A stretch of DNA of 64,000 nucleotides from Octopus sinensis (GCF_006345805.1 NC_043001.1:130696001-130760000), one strand, 5' to 3'; counted from the stretch's first letter, positions 40,447 through 54,439 are shown. Made by a program: numbers and translations. The notes: a model not told the origin generated them from the sequence alone.

Positions 40447-40846
40447 ACTAGCAGTATCGCCCGGCGTTGCTCAGGTTTGTATGGGAAATAACTATATAAG
40501 CATTTTTAGAGATGTAAAGTATAATAGCCATCTCAATATGGCTAACCACAAAGAGGGGGGGGTGTTACTGTAGCTTTTTACGTTCTGAGATTTAATAATA
40601 AATTTTTAGAGAGTTACTTCCCTTATATATGCCAAAAATGCATTAAAAATGGGAAAAATTGATGGTAAATTTTTTAAAAATCGTAGACTCATCGTAAATG
40701 CGCGCTAGTACCCAGAAAGGCTCGATATGAATCACGACTATAAGATACCCGGTTTTGGTTAAACTGCACCGCAAAATGTGGGAGTAGTTAGGAATCTAAA
40801 TCATAGGAGACAGACAGCACACAACCTCTCTTTTATATATAAAGAT
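40447..40846 (+). mobile_element. Helentron-associated HINE / DINE-1-like element
   Basis: 5' actagcagtatcgcccggcgttgctcagg hairpin and 3' ttttatatataaagat end, typical of HINEs. Confidence 0.65.
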
Positions 40847-41409
40847 ATCATGTTCAGTTTTTCGCAAGCTTCTACTAATTTTAATAAATTTGTTTAAGAG
40901 TTGTATGCTCAGCCTAATGTAAGAAGGGTCCACTGTATATATATTTAGTCTTAAGTATAGCCTTTAGTAGGTAACAGTCTTTTAGTGATGAGGGTCATTG
41001 GCAAATTTAATTTGAATTTTTATAGCCTGGCTGAACTTATATTTTTAACCAATCAGATTCATATATTCAATACTACTGCAGAACTGACTAATAAAACAAC
41101 ATGAACTTTACTGAGATAGGCCTATTGTCATCTGTATAAAATGTAAACATTAAACTCAAGATGTTAAAGGTTAAGAAATTATCATCTCAAGTACCTTAAG
41201 AGTAATGTATAGCTAATTACTTCCTGCTGTGTGAACATTTACCTTAATTAAACTTAGAATTTATAAAAATCTGTTTATTATAAAATAACATATTTGACTT
41301 TAAAAACAAATTGATAATGAAATATTTCCAGGGCCCCATGGTCCAACATAAACATAATGGGAGTGTGGGAGTGCTTTCAATAGACTTATCATAACAAAAT
41401 AAAGACCAG

Positions 41410-42215
41410 TGCATTCTTGTTGAAATACAATGCTGACCAGTTTACTGAAACCATAGTGAAGGGTTGACCAGCTCCACACTACATTCTTGCCTTGCAGAAT
41501 TACTGACTAATGGCAACACTATCACCACATTCTTGTCGTATCAAAACAATGATGATCAGCTTACTGCAGCCAACAACACCAACAGCATCAATTCAAAACT
41601 GACTGACACATACTTGCCACAAAGCAATACTGACCACCACACCAACACCACATTCTTTTCACAATGAAAGGCTGACCAGCATACTCCAGCCAGTCACACC
41701 ATGATGTTGACCAGCACCACATTCTTGCTATAAAGCTAGGCTGACCAGCAGCATATTCAAGCCAGCCAGCCAGCCAGTTACACTATCATATACTGACTGA
41801 CACATTCTTATTTCAGTGCAAAACTGACCATCATACTCCAGCCAGTCAGGCCAGCTAGGCCAGCCAGATAGCCACACCATAATGCAGACTGACACATTCT
41901 TGCCTCAATGCAAAAACTGACCATCATACTCCAGCCAGTCAGTCACACTATGATGCCAACTGACATTTTCTTGCCTCAATGAAAAGCTGTCCAGCATGCT
42001 TCAACCAGCCACACCATAATTTTGACCAACACATTCTTGCTGCAATACAAGGCTGACCAGCTACTCTACTCTACTCTAACCAGCCACACTAGAATGTCAC
42101 CTGCCACATTCTTGCCACAAAGCAAGGCTGACCACTGCCTCAACACCACATTCTTGTCACAGCATAATGATGACCACTGCAGTCCAGCCACAGCACACAA
42201 ATATTGACCAAAACA
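41410..42215. repeat. Degenerate minisatellite with recurrent CTGACCA and ACATTCTT motifs
   Basis: Motifs recur every about 45-90 bp. Confidence 0.75.
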
Positions 42216-42565
42216 GCCAGGTCACAGTATTATGGTGATGCCATCCACAAAGAATCACTTAGACACACATAAGCAAACATAACATATATGTGTGTGTGTG
42301 TTTGTGTATACATGTAAAGACATACACATTACTCAGTGACACACACATACACAAACACACACACACACACACACACATGCACACAAAAGGGTGCATATTC
42401 ACATGCACAATTGCTACTTATCAAACACTAGTCTCTAAATGTGTATGTTTCTGCAAGCTTTTCTCAGCATGTACACACACAAAAATGCATACATATACAA
42501 ACATACATAGATATTACAAATACATACATACATACAAACATACATAGATATTATACATACATACA

Positions 42566-42601
<36 letters not shown>

Positions 42602-42743
42602 CACTTTGTTATGTATTTCAGCCCTAAGGCTGTGGCCATGGTAGGGCACCACCAATGTATATTAGATTATATACATATATATATTTGTACTAAATATGTA
42701 TATTTATACATACAAATGTATATACATATGTGTGTGTGTGTGT

Positions 42744-42806
<63 letters not shown>

Positions 42807-43494
42807 TTAAGTATGTATGTGTATATACATATGCAGAGATTTATAAGTCTATGTGTGTGTAGGTATATACACATACATAGACAATTGCTACTTCACAAGT
42901 CTGGCAGCAGTGGAAACCAAACGCCCAATCGCCTCTCAATCCCCCCCATACACACACATACATCCAAATAAACCACCCACCCCACCAGATATCCCTTCCC
43001 CCACACACACACATACACATCTACACATTATAGCAACTGGACAACAATGACCACCACTATATTAACAGAAATGAGATAAAGCAGAAATGAAGATTACATC
43101 AGGATGTATGTATGTATATATGTATATATGTGTGTGTTTGTGGTGTGTATGTGTGTGGGCGCGTGCGTGCATATTGTATGTACGTGTGAGCCTGTGGGTT
43201 GGTGGGTGTAGATATTATAGAAAGTTGGGTGGCAGGGAGGCACAACAGTCACTATGTCAGGCATTTTACACTAACCATATTCTCTGCTACTTGGTCATTC
43301 CAGATGGACAGGCTGTATGTACACTAGCCGGCCCCAACCCACCTACCCACCAATCTGCAAGACCAACGCTGCCACCATTCCCACCAACGCCACTGTCACT
43401 ACTATCACTGCTATTAAACTATCCCTACCCCCACTACCTATTATCATTATCATCATCATCATCATCATCATTATTATCATCATCATTATTATTG

Positions 43495-43538
<44 letters not shown>

Positions 43539-44372
43539 GTTATTGTTATTATAAGCATTACTTTATGAAACATAATCTGTACAACTAACAGCATAAACAA
43601 CGACCATAGCAGCAGAGAGCAATCCTCAGAGGAAATCCCTATGTGGTTGCTTGAGCTGGTAGACATAGCAGCCAAGTCTCCCATAAAATGTATTTCAACA
43701 TCTTAAAAAAATGAAGAGAAAACACAGTGGATTGTATAATCCTATTCTAGATAGTTCTTGAAAGACAGGACAGTTAAAGCTGTTCTAACTTAGATGATAG
43801 GCTTGCTCAATCAGAGGTGGTAGATATGGTAGCTAAATAACCCTCAGATTATATAACACACTATCATATTTCAAAAGATATACACATGTTAGATAATTCA
43901 TCTTGGGTTTATTACACATAGCAAAAATACAGGATGGTCATGGTTGGAATGCCTTTGATCATAGATCTACTCAATAAGGGATAGCCTAGAGCTAAAGAAC
44001 AACAACAACAACAGCAGGAAACTTCTGTAAATAAATTGCGTCACTACCACCACTGCCACCACCACAACCACCACCATCACCAACACCACTACAACTTCCA
44101 CCAACAACAACAACAACACCACTACCACCAGCACCACCACACATCAACACCACAAACATCACCACCACTACCACTGCTACAACCTCCAGCACCACCACTA
44201 CCACACCACTGCCTTTGCCACTACCACCGCCCCAGCCACCAAAATCAAGCAGTGCCTTTACTGACATCTCAAAAATAATTTTCACTAAATTTACTCCTGC
44301 AATATGCAAATTTTCTTTGAGCACATCACCCATATGTATGCAATTGTACATGGATATCATATATATGTATAG

Positions 44373-44405
<33 letters not shown>

Positions 44406-45499
44406 ATATATATATTTATACATACATACCCACACATATAAACATATCTATACCTGCACATATATTTACATTTATATGTGTATGCGTGTGAGTGTATATA
44501 TTATATATATATATATATGTATGTATACTCAAATGTTCTCATACACATAGTCACGCATGCACACATGCACGTGTTCACAACATCATTTCCCTGTTATTCT
44601 TATGCCAAAATACACCAAAACCCTACCCCATCCCTAAAAAAAACTCCCCCAAAATCCAACAAACTATTGTAATGCCAAAGAATAACCAAACTCTTCTAAG
44701 GTGAAAATTACCCGCTCTTCAAATTGTTTACAATTAAATTAGGTTATATGCTGCAATTCACCTACAAGAAAGACCCTAAAATATATTATTCAATTTCATG
44801 CTTGCGTATACACCCCTAAAAATGAAAAATAGTAATGAATACATACATATATATATATATATATGTGTGTGTATATATTAATATTTAGTCTTTCCTTAAA
44901 TAAACAAAAGAACAAAATGTAAAGAAATATTTGCATGAAAATAGACCGTAACAATGATGGACTGATTGAAAAACTTCAGTAAACCTTTAAATAGTCAAAT
45001 TTCTGAAAGGATCGCCTGCATTCTCTATTTCAATATTTTGACATACAGGTATATGTACATTAATAGATATGTGTGTGTGTTTATATACATGCACACACAT
45101 GTACACACACACACCACACAAATATATATATATACATGTATATATATATATACATACATACATACACATATATATGTATATATGTAAATGTATACAAACA
45201 TATGAGGGAACTATTTATATATATATAATATACATATGTGGGTGTGTGTATATATATATATGGTTTCCTCATGTTAAATGCATATTATATAACATACATG
45301 CATACATACATACATATATACATACATACATACATACATACATACATACACATATATATGTATATATGTAAATGTATACAAACATGAGGGAACAATTTAT
45401 ATATATATATATATATATAAACATATACACACACACATATATATACATACACACACACATACATGTTAAGTATATATATATATATATACATATGGGGTG

Positions 45500-45530
<31 letters not shown>

Positions 45531-45750
45531 GGTTTCCTCATGTTAAATGATTTATATAACAAGAACATGCATATATAAAACATTATTTACAAATATGTAC
45601 AAATGTGTGCACGTGTGTGTGTGTAGATGTATGTAGCTTTGTAGTTTTCCATTTATGAATTGTGTATTATATAACAAGTCCATGCATATGCAACCTTTAA
45701 AAATACATACACATATATTATATATTATACAATATATATATATATAATAT

Positions 45751-45792
<42 letters not shown>

Positions 45793-46017
45793 TATATAAT
45801 ATATATTATATATATATATAAATGTGTGTGTGTGTGTACGCATATGTATGCATGTAAGTGTGTACATAAACACGCACAGTTGCATAAACAGTAAAAGAAG
45901 AGTGAACCTGATGAAAAAAAATTCCTATTAACATATGTGGTTGTATAAATATTGTCGCTGGAAATATCACAATAAATAAGGGCTGAAAAGAGTAGGCATT
46001 GCTAGCACAAACGATAG

Positions 46018-46054
<37 letters not shown>

Positions 46055-46485
46055 GTCATCATCATCGTCATCATCATCATCATCATCATCGTCATCATCA
46101 TCATCGTCATCATCATCATCATCGTCATCATAATCACCACTACCACCACCAGCATCAACATCACTATCATCTTTATCATCATCATTATCATAATCAACAT
46201 CATCACTCTAACAACAACAACAGCAGCTGCAATAGCAAAATGAAAACAAAAACAAAGACAAACGACCCACCATCACCACCACCACCACCACCAACAACAA
46301 CAACAACTCCCTACAAAATGTAACTTTGCAAATAGTAACAACAACAACAACAACGATGATGATGATGATTTCTTTTATTTGCCACCAGGGCACAACATGG
46401 GGGACATAAATCCAAAAATGCAAAGAAAGTATAAGGATTTATAATGGAGAATTGAATGAAGATAAGAAAACTGAAATACAAGTAT

Positions 46486-46794
46486 GCATCACGTGATCAC
46501 GTGACCGACCAGTCCATCAGATGTAGTTACACATCGCTGGTCACAATGCGTTCGCATTGTTTTAGCTTTCGAATGATGCGACCCCGCTGGCTAAGCGAGC
46601 AGGCCAACAGAAGAAAGAGTGGGAGAAAGAGTGGTGAGAGAGTACAGCAGGGATCACCACCCCCTGCCAGGGCCTCGTGGAGCTTTTAGGTGTTTTCGCT
46701 CAATAAACACTCACAACGCCCGGTCTGGGAATCGAAACCGCGATCCTAAGACCGCGAGTCCGCTGCCTTAACCACTGGGCCATTGCGCCTCCAC
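46486..46794 (-). mobile_element. SINE with D-type head and a different 3' tail
   Basis: Head matches 37168-37557; tail ends gtcacgtgatcacgtgat; TSD acaagtat 46478-46485 and 46795-46802. Confidence 0.75.
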
Positions 46795-46854
46795 ACAAGT
46801 ATACATAGAAGAACTAAATTGACACTCTGTTGGTAATGATGACAAGAGTTCCAC

Positions 46855-47148
46855 TCAACGGAACAACCTGCTCATGAAATTAACGTGCCAGTGGCTGAGT
46901 GCTCCAGAGATCTGCAAACCCTTAACGTAGTTCTCAGGGAGATTCAGTGTGGCACAGAATGTGACAAGGCTCTGGCCCTTTGAAATACAGATAGTATTCA
47001 ATTTTGCCAGCTGAATGAATTGGAGCCATGTGGAATAAAGTATCTTGCTCAAGGACAAAACACACTGCCAGGAATCAAACGATGTGACCTTATGATTGTG
47101 AACCAAATAACCTATCCACTAAGCCATGTGCCTTCACTTCATAGTATA
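46855..47148 (-). mobile_element. SINE with C-type head and D-type tail
   Basis: 5' part aligns to 14019-14160; 3' part (tgtatttcaaagggcc...gttccgttga) aligns to 28675-28805. Confidence 0.7.
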
Positions 47149-48043
47149 CAAATAACGAATGATACAGGGAGATTTCTATCTAGAGCAGATTAAGAAACCT
47201 TCACAAATCCAAGGTCACCTGGAAAACCAAGAAAAATGAGTTCAACTCCAACCAAGGACAACTCTACTTGTCATTCTTTTGGGATTTTTAAGATAATATA
47301 CCTGTCAAGTACTGGGGTCGATACAATTGATTTGCTTCCTTAAAATGACAGGTTTTGTGTCAAATGACAGAATTATTATTTTTGAGCTGACAGAACTTTT
47401 AGCATGCCGGGATAGATACTCAGTGGCATTTTGTTCATTTTTATGCTCTGAATTCAAATTCTACCAAGGTCTACTTTGCAAGGTGACCAAGAAAAAATAC
47501 CTTCTCTAACAGTCACTCTCTGAACTTCAAGCTTCTTCCTAAAGCATTCTTACCCACTCTTGTCATTTTGACCACTTTAACAAATATCATCATTTAGCAT
47601 TCAATTTCCATGCTGGCATGGGTAAGACAGTTTGACTGGAATGGTTAAGCCAGAGAGCTGCACCAGGCTCCAGTCTGTTTTGGACTTGGTTTCTACAGCT
47701 GGATACCCCTTCCTAATGCCAACCACTCCATAGATTGTACTGGGTGTCTTTTACAAGTCACTACCATGAGTGTCTTCTTTTAATAAATTCACTTGAAGAT
47801 AGCTCTTTCCTTTGCAGCCACACCTTTGTTTCCAAGTGATACTTGAAAAAGTTGATGATTGTTTGACCAAAGGCGAAAATGTCTTCAAACCATTCAACCT
47901 TGTTCACTTTTCAACTCCTTTCACTAGTGCTACTAGCAAAGGGCCTTTATTATTCAGTTAAAGAAATGTACCGGATGAGCCAGTCAATCATAATAATTAT
48001 GGTTTCTAATTTAGGCACAATGCCAGCAATTTTGGTGGGGCAG

Positions 48044-48272
48044 TTAAGCCTTTCATTACCGTATTTATTTTGAGATGCTTTGCGTTTCTTTCAATTATTT
48101 TAAATATAACAAAGAATTTAGAAAAATAACTTAGTTACCATTAAGCTAGTGTCAGTAACATAAATTGTGATTAAGGTTTGGTGGAAAGTTTTAACTCAAA
48201 ACTTAAGAAAACAAGACATTTGTACTACAGAGCCAGAGGCGGTTTTGGCCGGGTTGGTAATGAAAGGGTTAA
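48044..48272. mobile_element. piggyBac-type MITE inserted into a SINE remnant
   Basis: TTAA-gcctttcattacc ... ggtaatgaaaggg-TTAA. Confidence 0.75.
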
Positions 48273-48580
48273 GTCAATTTTATCAACCCCAGTACTCAAC
48301 TGGTACTTATTTTATCAATCCCAAAAGAACGAAAAGCCAAGTGAACCTTTGTGGAATTTGAACTCAGAATATAAAACAGCTCTATGTATAGAGAGTTGAT
48401 GTACCTCTTTCCTTGAAATTGCTGGCCTTATGCCAAAATTTGATTAAGGTGGTGAGCTGGCAGAATAATTAGCAAGCTGCTTTGTCCATCTTTATGTTCT
48501 GAACATTATTTACATTGTTTACATTATTTACATTTGACGGATATTTGTCCTCATCTTATTTGTTGTTAACACAACGTTTT

Positions 48581-48650
48581 GGCATATGGTGTAGTGGTTA
48601 AGTGCATGGGCTACTAACCCCAAATTTCCGAGTTCAATTCCAGGCAGTGA

Positions 48651-48688
<38 letters not shown>

Positions 48689-48870
48689 TAATAATATAAT
48701 AATAACAACAACATCGAAAAATACCTTAGGAATGAGAATCCAGGTTCAAAATTTCCCGAAGACACCTGGTGAAGGCAGGAGGGTATATCAGCCAAAACAT
48801 AGTGTTAACAACAAACAAGATGAGGACAAATATCTGTCAAATGTAAATAATGTAAGCAATGTAAATAATG
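48581..48870 (+). mobile_element. Family H1 full-length-like copy: tRNA-like Pol III head + (AAT)n + hammerhead-bearing tail
   Basis: A box TGGTGTAGTGG 48587-48597, B box GTTCAATTC 48632-48640, AAT run about 48655-48710, decayed hammerhead 48761-48806, tail identical in type to 7739-7895. Confidence 0.75.
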
Positions 48871-49564
48871 TTCAGAACATAAAGATGGACAAAGCAGCTT
48901 GCTAATTATTCTGCCAGCTCACCACCTTAATCAAATTTTGGCATAAGGCCAGCAATTTCAAGGAAAGAGGTACATCAACTCCGGAGTTCGATTGTTACTT
49001 ATTTCATTGACCCTAAAAGGATAGAAAGCAAAGTGGACCTTGGTAGAATTTGAACTCAGAGCATAGAAAAAGACAAAATGCCACTGAGTATCTATCTCGG
49101 CATGCTAAAAATTCTGTCAGCTCAAAAATAATAATTCTGTCTTTTGACACAAAACCTGTCATTTTGAGGAAGCAAATCAACTGCATCGACCCCAGTACTT
49201 GACAGGTATATTATCTTAACAATCCCAAAAGAATGACAAGTAAAGTTGTCCTTGGTGGGAGTTGAACTCAGAATGTAAAGAGCTCAAAGAACTACCCTGA
49301 AGCATCTTGTTTGACACACTCACAATTTTGCTAGTTTGCTGCTTGAATAATAATTATAATAATATTCCTTTTTACTACAGGCACAAGGCCTGAAATTTGG
49401 AGGGAGGAGACTAGTTGATCACATCGATCCCAGTACTTGACTGGTACTTAATTTATTGACCCTGAAAGGATAAAAGGAAAAGTTGACCTTGGCAGAATTT
49501 GAACTCAGAACCTAAAAGCAGACAAAATACCAAAAAGCATTTTGCTTGGCATGCTAATGACTCT

Positions 49565-50162
49565 TATTTCTTTATTGCCCATAAGGGGCTAAACATAGAG
49601 AGGACAAACAAAGACAGACAAAGGGATTAAGTCGATTACATCGACCCCAGTGCATAACTGGTACTTAATTTATCGACCCCAAAAGCATGAAGGGCAAAGT
49701 CAACCTTTGCGGAATTTGAACTTAGAACATAACGGCAGACGAAATACCTATTTCTTTACTACCCACAAGGGGGCTAAACACAGAGAGGACAAACAAGGAC
49801 AGACAAACGGATTATGTCGATTATATCGACATCAGTGCATAACTGGTACTTAATTTATCGACCCCAAAAGCATGAAAGGCAAAGTCGACCTCGGGGGAAT
49901 TTGAACTCAGAACGTAACGGCAGACGAAATGCCTATTTCTTTACTACCCACAAGGGGGCTAAACACAGAGAGGACAAACAAGGATAGACAAACGGATTAT
50001 GTCGATTATATCGACATCAGTGCATAACTGGTACTTAATTTATCGACCCCAAAAGCATGAAAGGCAAAGTCGACCTCGGGGGAATTTGAACTCAGAATGT
50101 AACGGCAGACGAAATACCGTTAAGCATTTCGCCTGGTGTGCTAATGATTCTACCAGCTCACC
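49565..50162 (-). mobile_element. Tandem trimer of SINE B
   Basis: Units start at 49565, 49749, 49934 (period about 185 bp). Confidence 0.85.
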
Positions 50163-51182
50163 AATAATAACGGTTTCAAATTTTGCCACAAGGTCACCAA
50201 GTTTAGGGAGAGGATGAGTCAATTACATTTACCCTACTATAACCCTGAACTGACCAAAGCCTTGTAATTGGACTTGACTGACAGAAACTGCCACATATAA
50301 ATATATATATGTTTTATTACAGGGGATTCATAAAGGATCAAGGTACATCAAAATGAAGCACGTCACTAATTAGCTGAACAAAATGACTTGAAACAGGCAA
50401 TTAATTAATCCATTATCATAGCACAGAATGCACCAAGAAGGGAAGTTCACACTTGTTAGGTAATCCACAACTCCAATAGTATTCAAAAGTACTGCAGAAT
50501 GAAAGGACCCTCAAGCGTGGCATCGTATCTGTCTATTTTATATCTATACATATAAATTTGACATGGGCAATTCTTTCTTGTTTTCAGATTCATGGTCAAA
50601 CGGCTGGGTGGAATTGCATAAAAAATTACACAGATGTGTAGAATGATCTGGTGGTGGTGATGCTGGGATTTGTATTTCTTCATAGCTCCTATGGTTACTG
50701 AGATAATCTAATATAATAATACTCTAGTATTTATGAATGAGAAAGGAAGGGGTGATAGATGGATATGGAAGGAAGGGGTGATAGACGAATAAGGAAGGAA
50801 GGGGTGATGTCATACTTGGTAGTGGGATGATGAAAATTGTACGCTGAAAAAAAATCAAATCGCATTTCAACTCTGTGTGAATATTTGTGTGTATGTAAAA
50901 GGGAGTATGTGAATGTGTGTGTGCATGTGTGCGCGCAATGGAAGTGGGATGGTTCATCTTTGTTTGCTTAGTATTTGCGTTTATTTTATGATTTAGTTGA
51001 ATCTTTGTTGTTTTTTTTTGTTGGTCAGTTATTTTTAGCATTTTGACAAAGTCATTCTAAAATTGTTTTTTATCGTAAGCACGCCCAAACAAGCCGAATG
51101 CTTACACAGAGCAGGTTTTACAGCCACATCATCCAAACGAATCGGGTGAAACCAGGCTTAGCTGCTAGTATATAGTATATTC

Positions 51183-51558
51183 TTATTTACTTGTTTCAGT
51201 CGTTTGACTGTAGCTATGCTGGAGCACCACCTTGAAGGGTTTTAGTCAAACAAATCGACCCCAGGACTTGCTTTTCTAAAGCCTAGTACTTATTCTTTTT
51301 CTTTTGTTTTTTACTGAACCACAAAGTTACAAGGACATAAACACACCAACACCAGTTATCAAGCAGTAGTGGGGGTACAAACACACACACACACACACAC
51401 TCTCATATATATATGTGTGTGTGTGTGTGTGATGAGCTTTTAGTATCTGTCTACCAAATCCATTCACAAGGCTTTAGTTGGCCTGAGGCTATAGTAGAAG
51501 ACACTTGCCCAAGGTCTAATGCAATGAAACAGAACTTGGAACTATGTGGTATATATGT

Positions 51559-51616
<58 letters not shown>

Positions 51617-51790
51617 CATTTTATTGAGGGTGTAGGAGTGAATGTGTGGTAAGAAGTTTGCTTCCAACCACATGGTTCCAGGTTCAGTCCCACTGCGTGG
51701 CACTTTGGACAAATTGCTTCTGCTATAGCCTCAGGCTGACCAGAGCCTTATGAGTAGATTAGGTAGATGGAAACTGAAATAAGCCCATTG
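51183..51790. mobile_element. Two divergent SINE A copies (51183-51545 minus; 51631-51790 plus partial)
   Basis: Match A consensus. Confidence 0.7.
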
Positions 51791-51833
51791 CATATATATA
51801 TATACATACAAGCATTAATATATGTATATATAC

Positions 51834-51884
<51 letters not shown>

Positions 51885-51949
51885 CATGCATACATACATA
51901 CATATATACATATATAACATGCGTAAGCTTGCAAGGAATGAAGCCGGTA

Positions 51950-52830
51950 TACTCCAATGGATGTTTAATGTCAGTGTGCATACTTGACAGAGTGTAAATA
52001 CCTTGAGAGAAAAGTTGAACCTAAGAAGCATCAGATGTTGTGTGCAAGAGAGACGACTGTACTGGTATGGTCATGTGGCGAGAATGAATGAGAAGTGCCA
52101 TACCCTAGCAGTTGAGGGAACCTGTGGAAGAAGTAGACCCAGGAAGACCTGGAATGAGGTGGTGAAGCATGACCTTCGAACATTAGGCCTCACTGAGGCA
52201 ATGACTAGTGATCGAGACCTTTGGAAATATGCTGTGCTAGAGAAGACCCAGCAAGCCAAGTGAGACCATAACCTCGTGGCCTAAGCCAGAAGTGTAACCA
52301 GCCCACTTCTGCGTACCTTTCCTTCATTGGACCCTAAACTCTGCTTGCGAAGACCTGTTGAGGCAAGTGAAATCGAAATCAAATTCGATGACTGGCATCT
52401 GTGCTATTGGAGTGCTAAGAGCACCATCCGAGCGTGATCGTTGACAGAGCAGCTAATTGGCTTCTGTGCACCATTCGAGCGTGATCCTTACCAGCATTGC
52501 CTTACTGGCACTTGTGCCGGCGGCACATCGAAAAACATTTGTGCGAGGTCATTGCCAGTGTTTCTGGACTGGCTCCTGTGCAGGTGACACATAAAAAACA
52601 CCATCTGAGCGTGACCGTTGCCAGTACTACCTGACTGGCCCTCGTGCCGATGGCAGGTAAAAGCACCAACTACACTCTTGGAGTGGTTGGAGTTACGAAG
52701 GGCATCCAGCTGTAGAAACCCTGTCAGATCTGATTGGAGCCTGGTGCAGCCATCTGGTTCACCAGTTCTCAGTGAAATTGGCCAACCCATGCTAGCATGG
52801 AAAGCGAACGTTAAACGATTATGATGATGA
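51950..52830 (+). mobile_element. RTE-clade LINE 3' end (RT C-terminus + 3' UTR + (GAT)n tail)
   Basis: ORF 52003-52263 with RRLYWYGHVARM and GRSRPRKTW, typical of RTE; UTR matches dispersed short copies. Confidence 0.85.
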
Positions 52831-52868
52831 TAATGATATATATTATATATATACATACATACACATAC

Positions 52869-52936
<68 letters not shown>

Positions 52937-53015
52937 TATATATATACATACATACATATATATATATACATACATACATTCATACATACACATACATACA
53001 TACATACATACATAC

Positions 53016-53071
<56 letters not shown>

Positions 53072-53534
53072 TTATTGTCTGTATTTGTCCCCCACTGTCA
53101 CTTGACAACTGATGGTGGTTTGTTTACATCCCTGTAACCTAGCAGTTCGGCAAAAAAGTCTGATAGAATAAGTACTAGGCTTACAAAGAATAACCCCTGG
53201 GGGTTGATTTGTTTGACAAAAGGCAGTGCTCCAGCATGGCCACAGTCAAGTGGCTGAAACAAGTAAAGGAAATAAAAGAAATATAACGAGAGTAGTAGTA
53301 GAGATTATTTCCGTCTCATGTACTTCCCCTTTCTCTTCATATAACATACAAGGTGCTGGTACCACGTAAAAAGCACCCAGTTCACTCTGTGAAGTGGTTG
53401 GCATTAGGAAGGGCATCCATCCATAGAAACCATGCTAAAACAGACAGTGGAGCTCGGCGCAATCTTCTGACTTGCCAGCTCCTGTCAAACTCAAGCCAGC
53501 AAGGAAAACAAACTTTAAATGATGCTGCTGCTAC

Positions 53535-53608
<74 letters not shown>

Positions 53609-54439
53609 TGTGTTAGTGTGATCTTGGTGTGACACTGCATGAGTGTGGTAAATGAATGTCCAGCATTCAGCAAAAACATGTCTGATCATAGGGAAATATT
53701 ACCTTACTTGGATAGAGGTAAGTGTTGGCAACAGGAAGGGCATCCAGTTCTAGAAAACCTGCTTCGATAAATTTCCTCACTAAAATAACAACATTGATGA
53801 TGGCACTTTGCATCTCTGAAGGCTTTCACACAGTTTCTGTTTAATTATTTTAATTACAAGGCTCGAAACAATCTGCCCCATGGTGGAAGAAACATATCAT
53901 ACATATCAAAATGCCTTACAGGGGGATTGAACCTAAGACCTCACAAGTGCAAAATCAACTTTAAACTACATGGCCACAATTAAATCCAGTTATTTATATA
54001 TACCCCTATGCGTACACACATACATACCCACCCACACTCACAGATGCATGTACAATATCTAAACACATACACATAAACAGAGCTACACATGCACAAATGC
54101 CAACACCAACAACAACACCACCACCACAATAACATCAACAGAGTAAAAAAAAAAAATAGAAAATAAAAGAAGCAAAAAGCCAGAAAACCTAACAAACCCT
54201 AGCAATTTACTACAATAACAAATGCATCACAACAAAACAAAATAAAAAAGAATAATAAAAATAATGACAATCACAAATGGAATCGGATAAGATAGTTACA
54301 GGACTATCTTAATAGAATTTTCTTAGAATCACAAGAGAATTGTTGAATGGCAATTATTTAATTTCAACAGCGAGAAATCAAAGAAAGGTTTCCACAAATA
54401 TTAAACAAAACAAAGGCAATGGACAGGAAAAGACCACAT

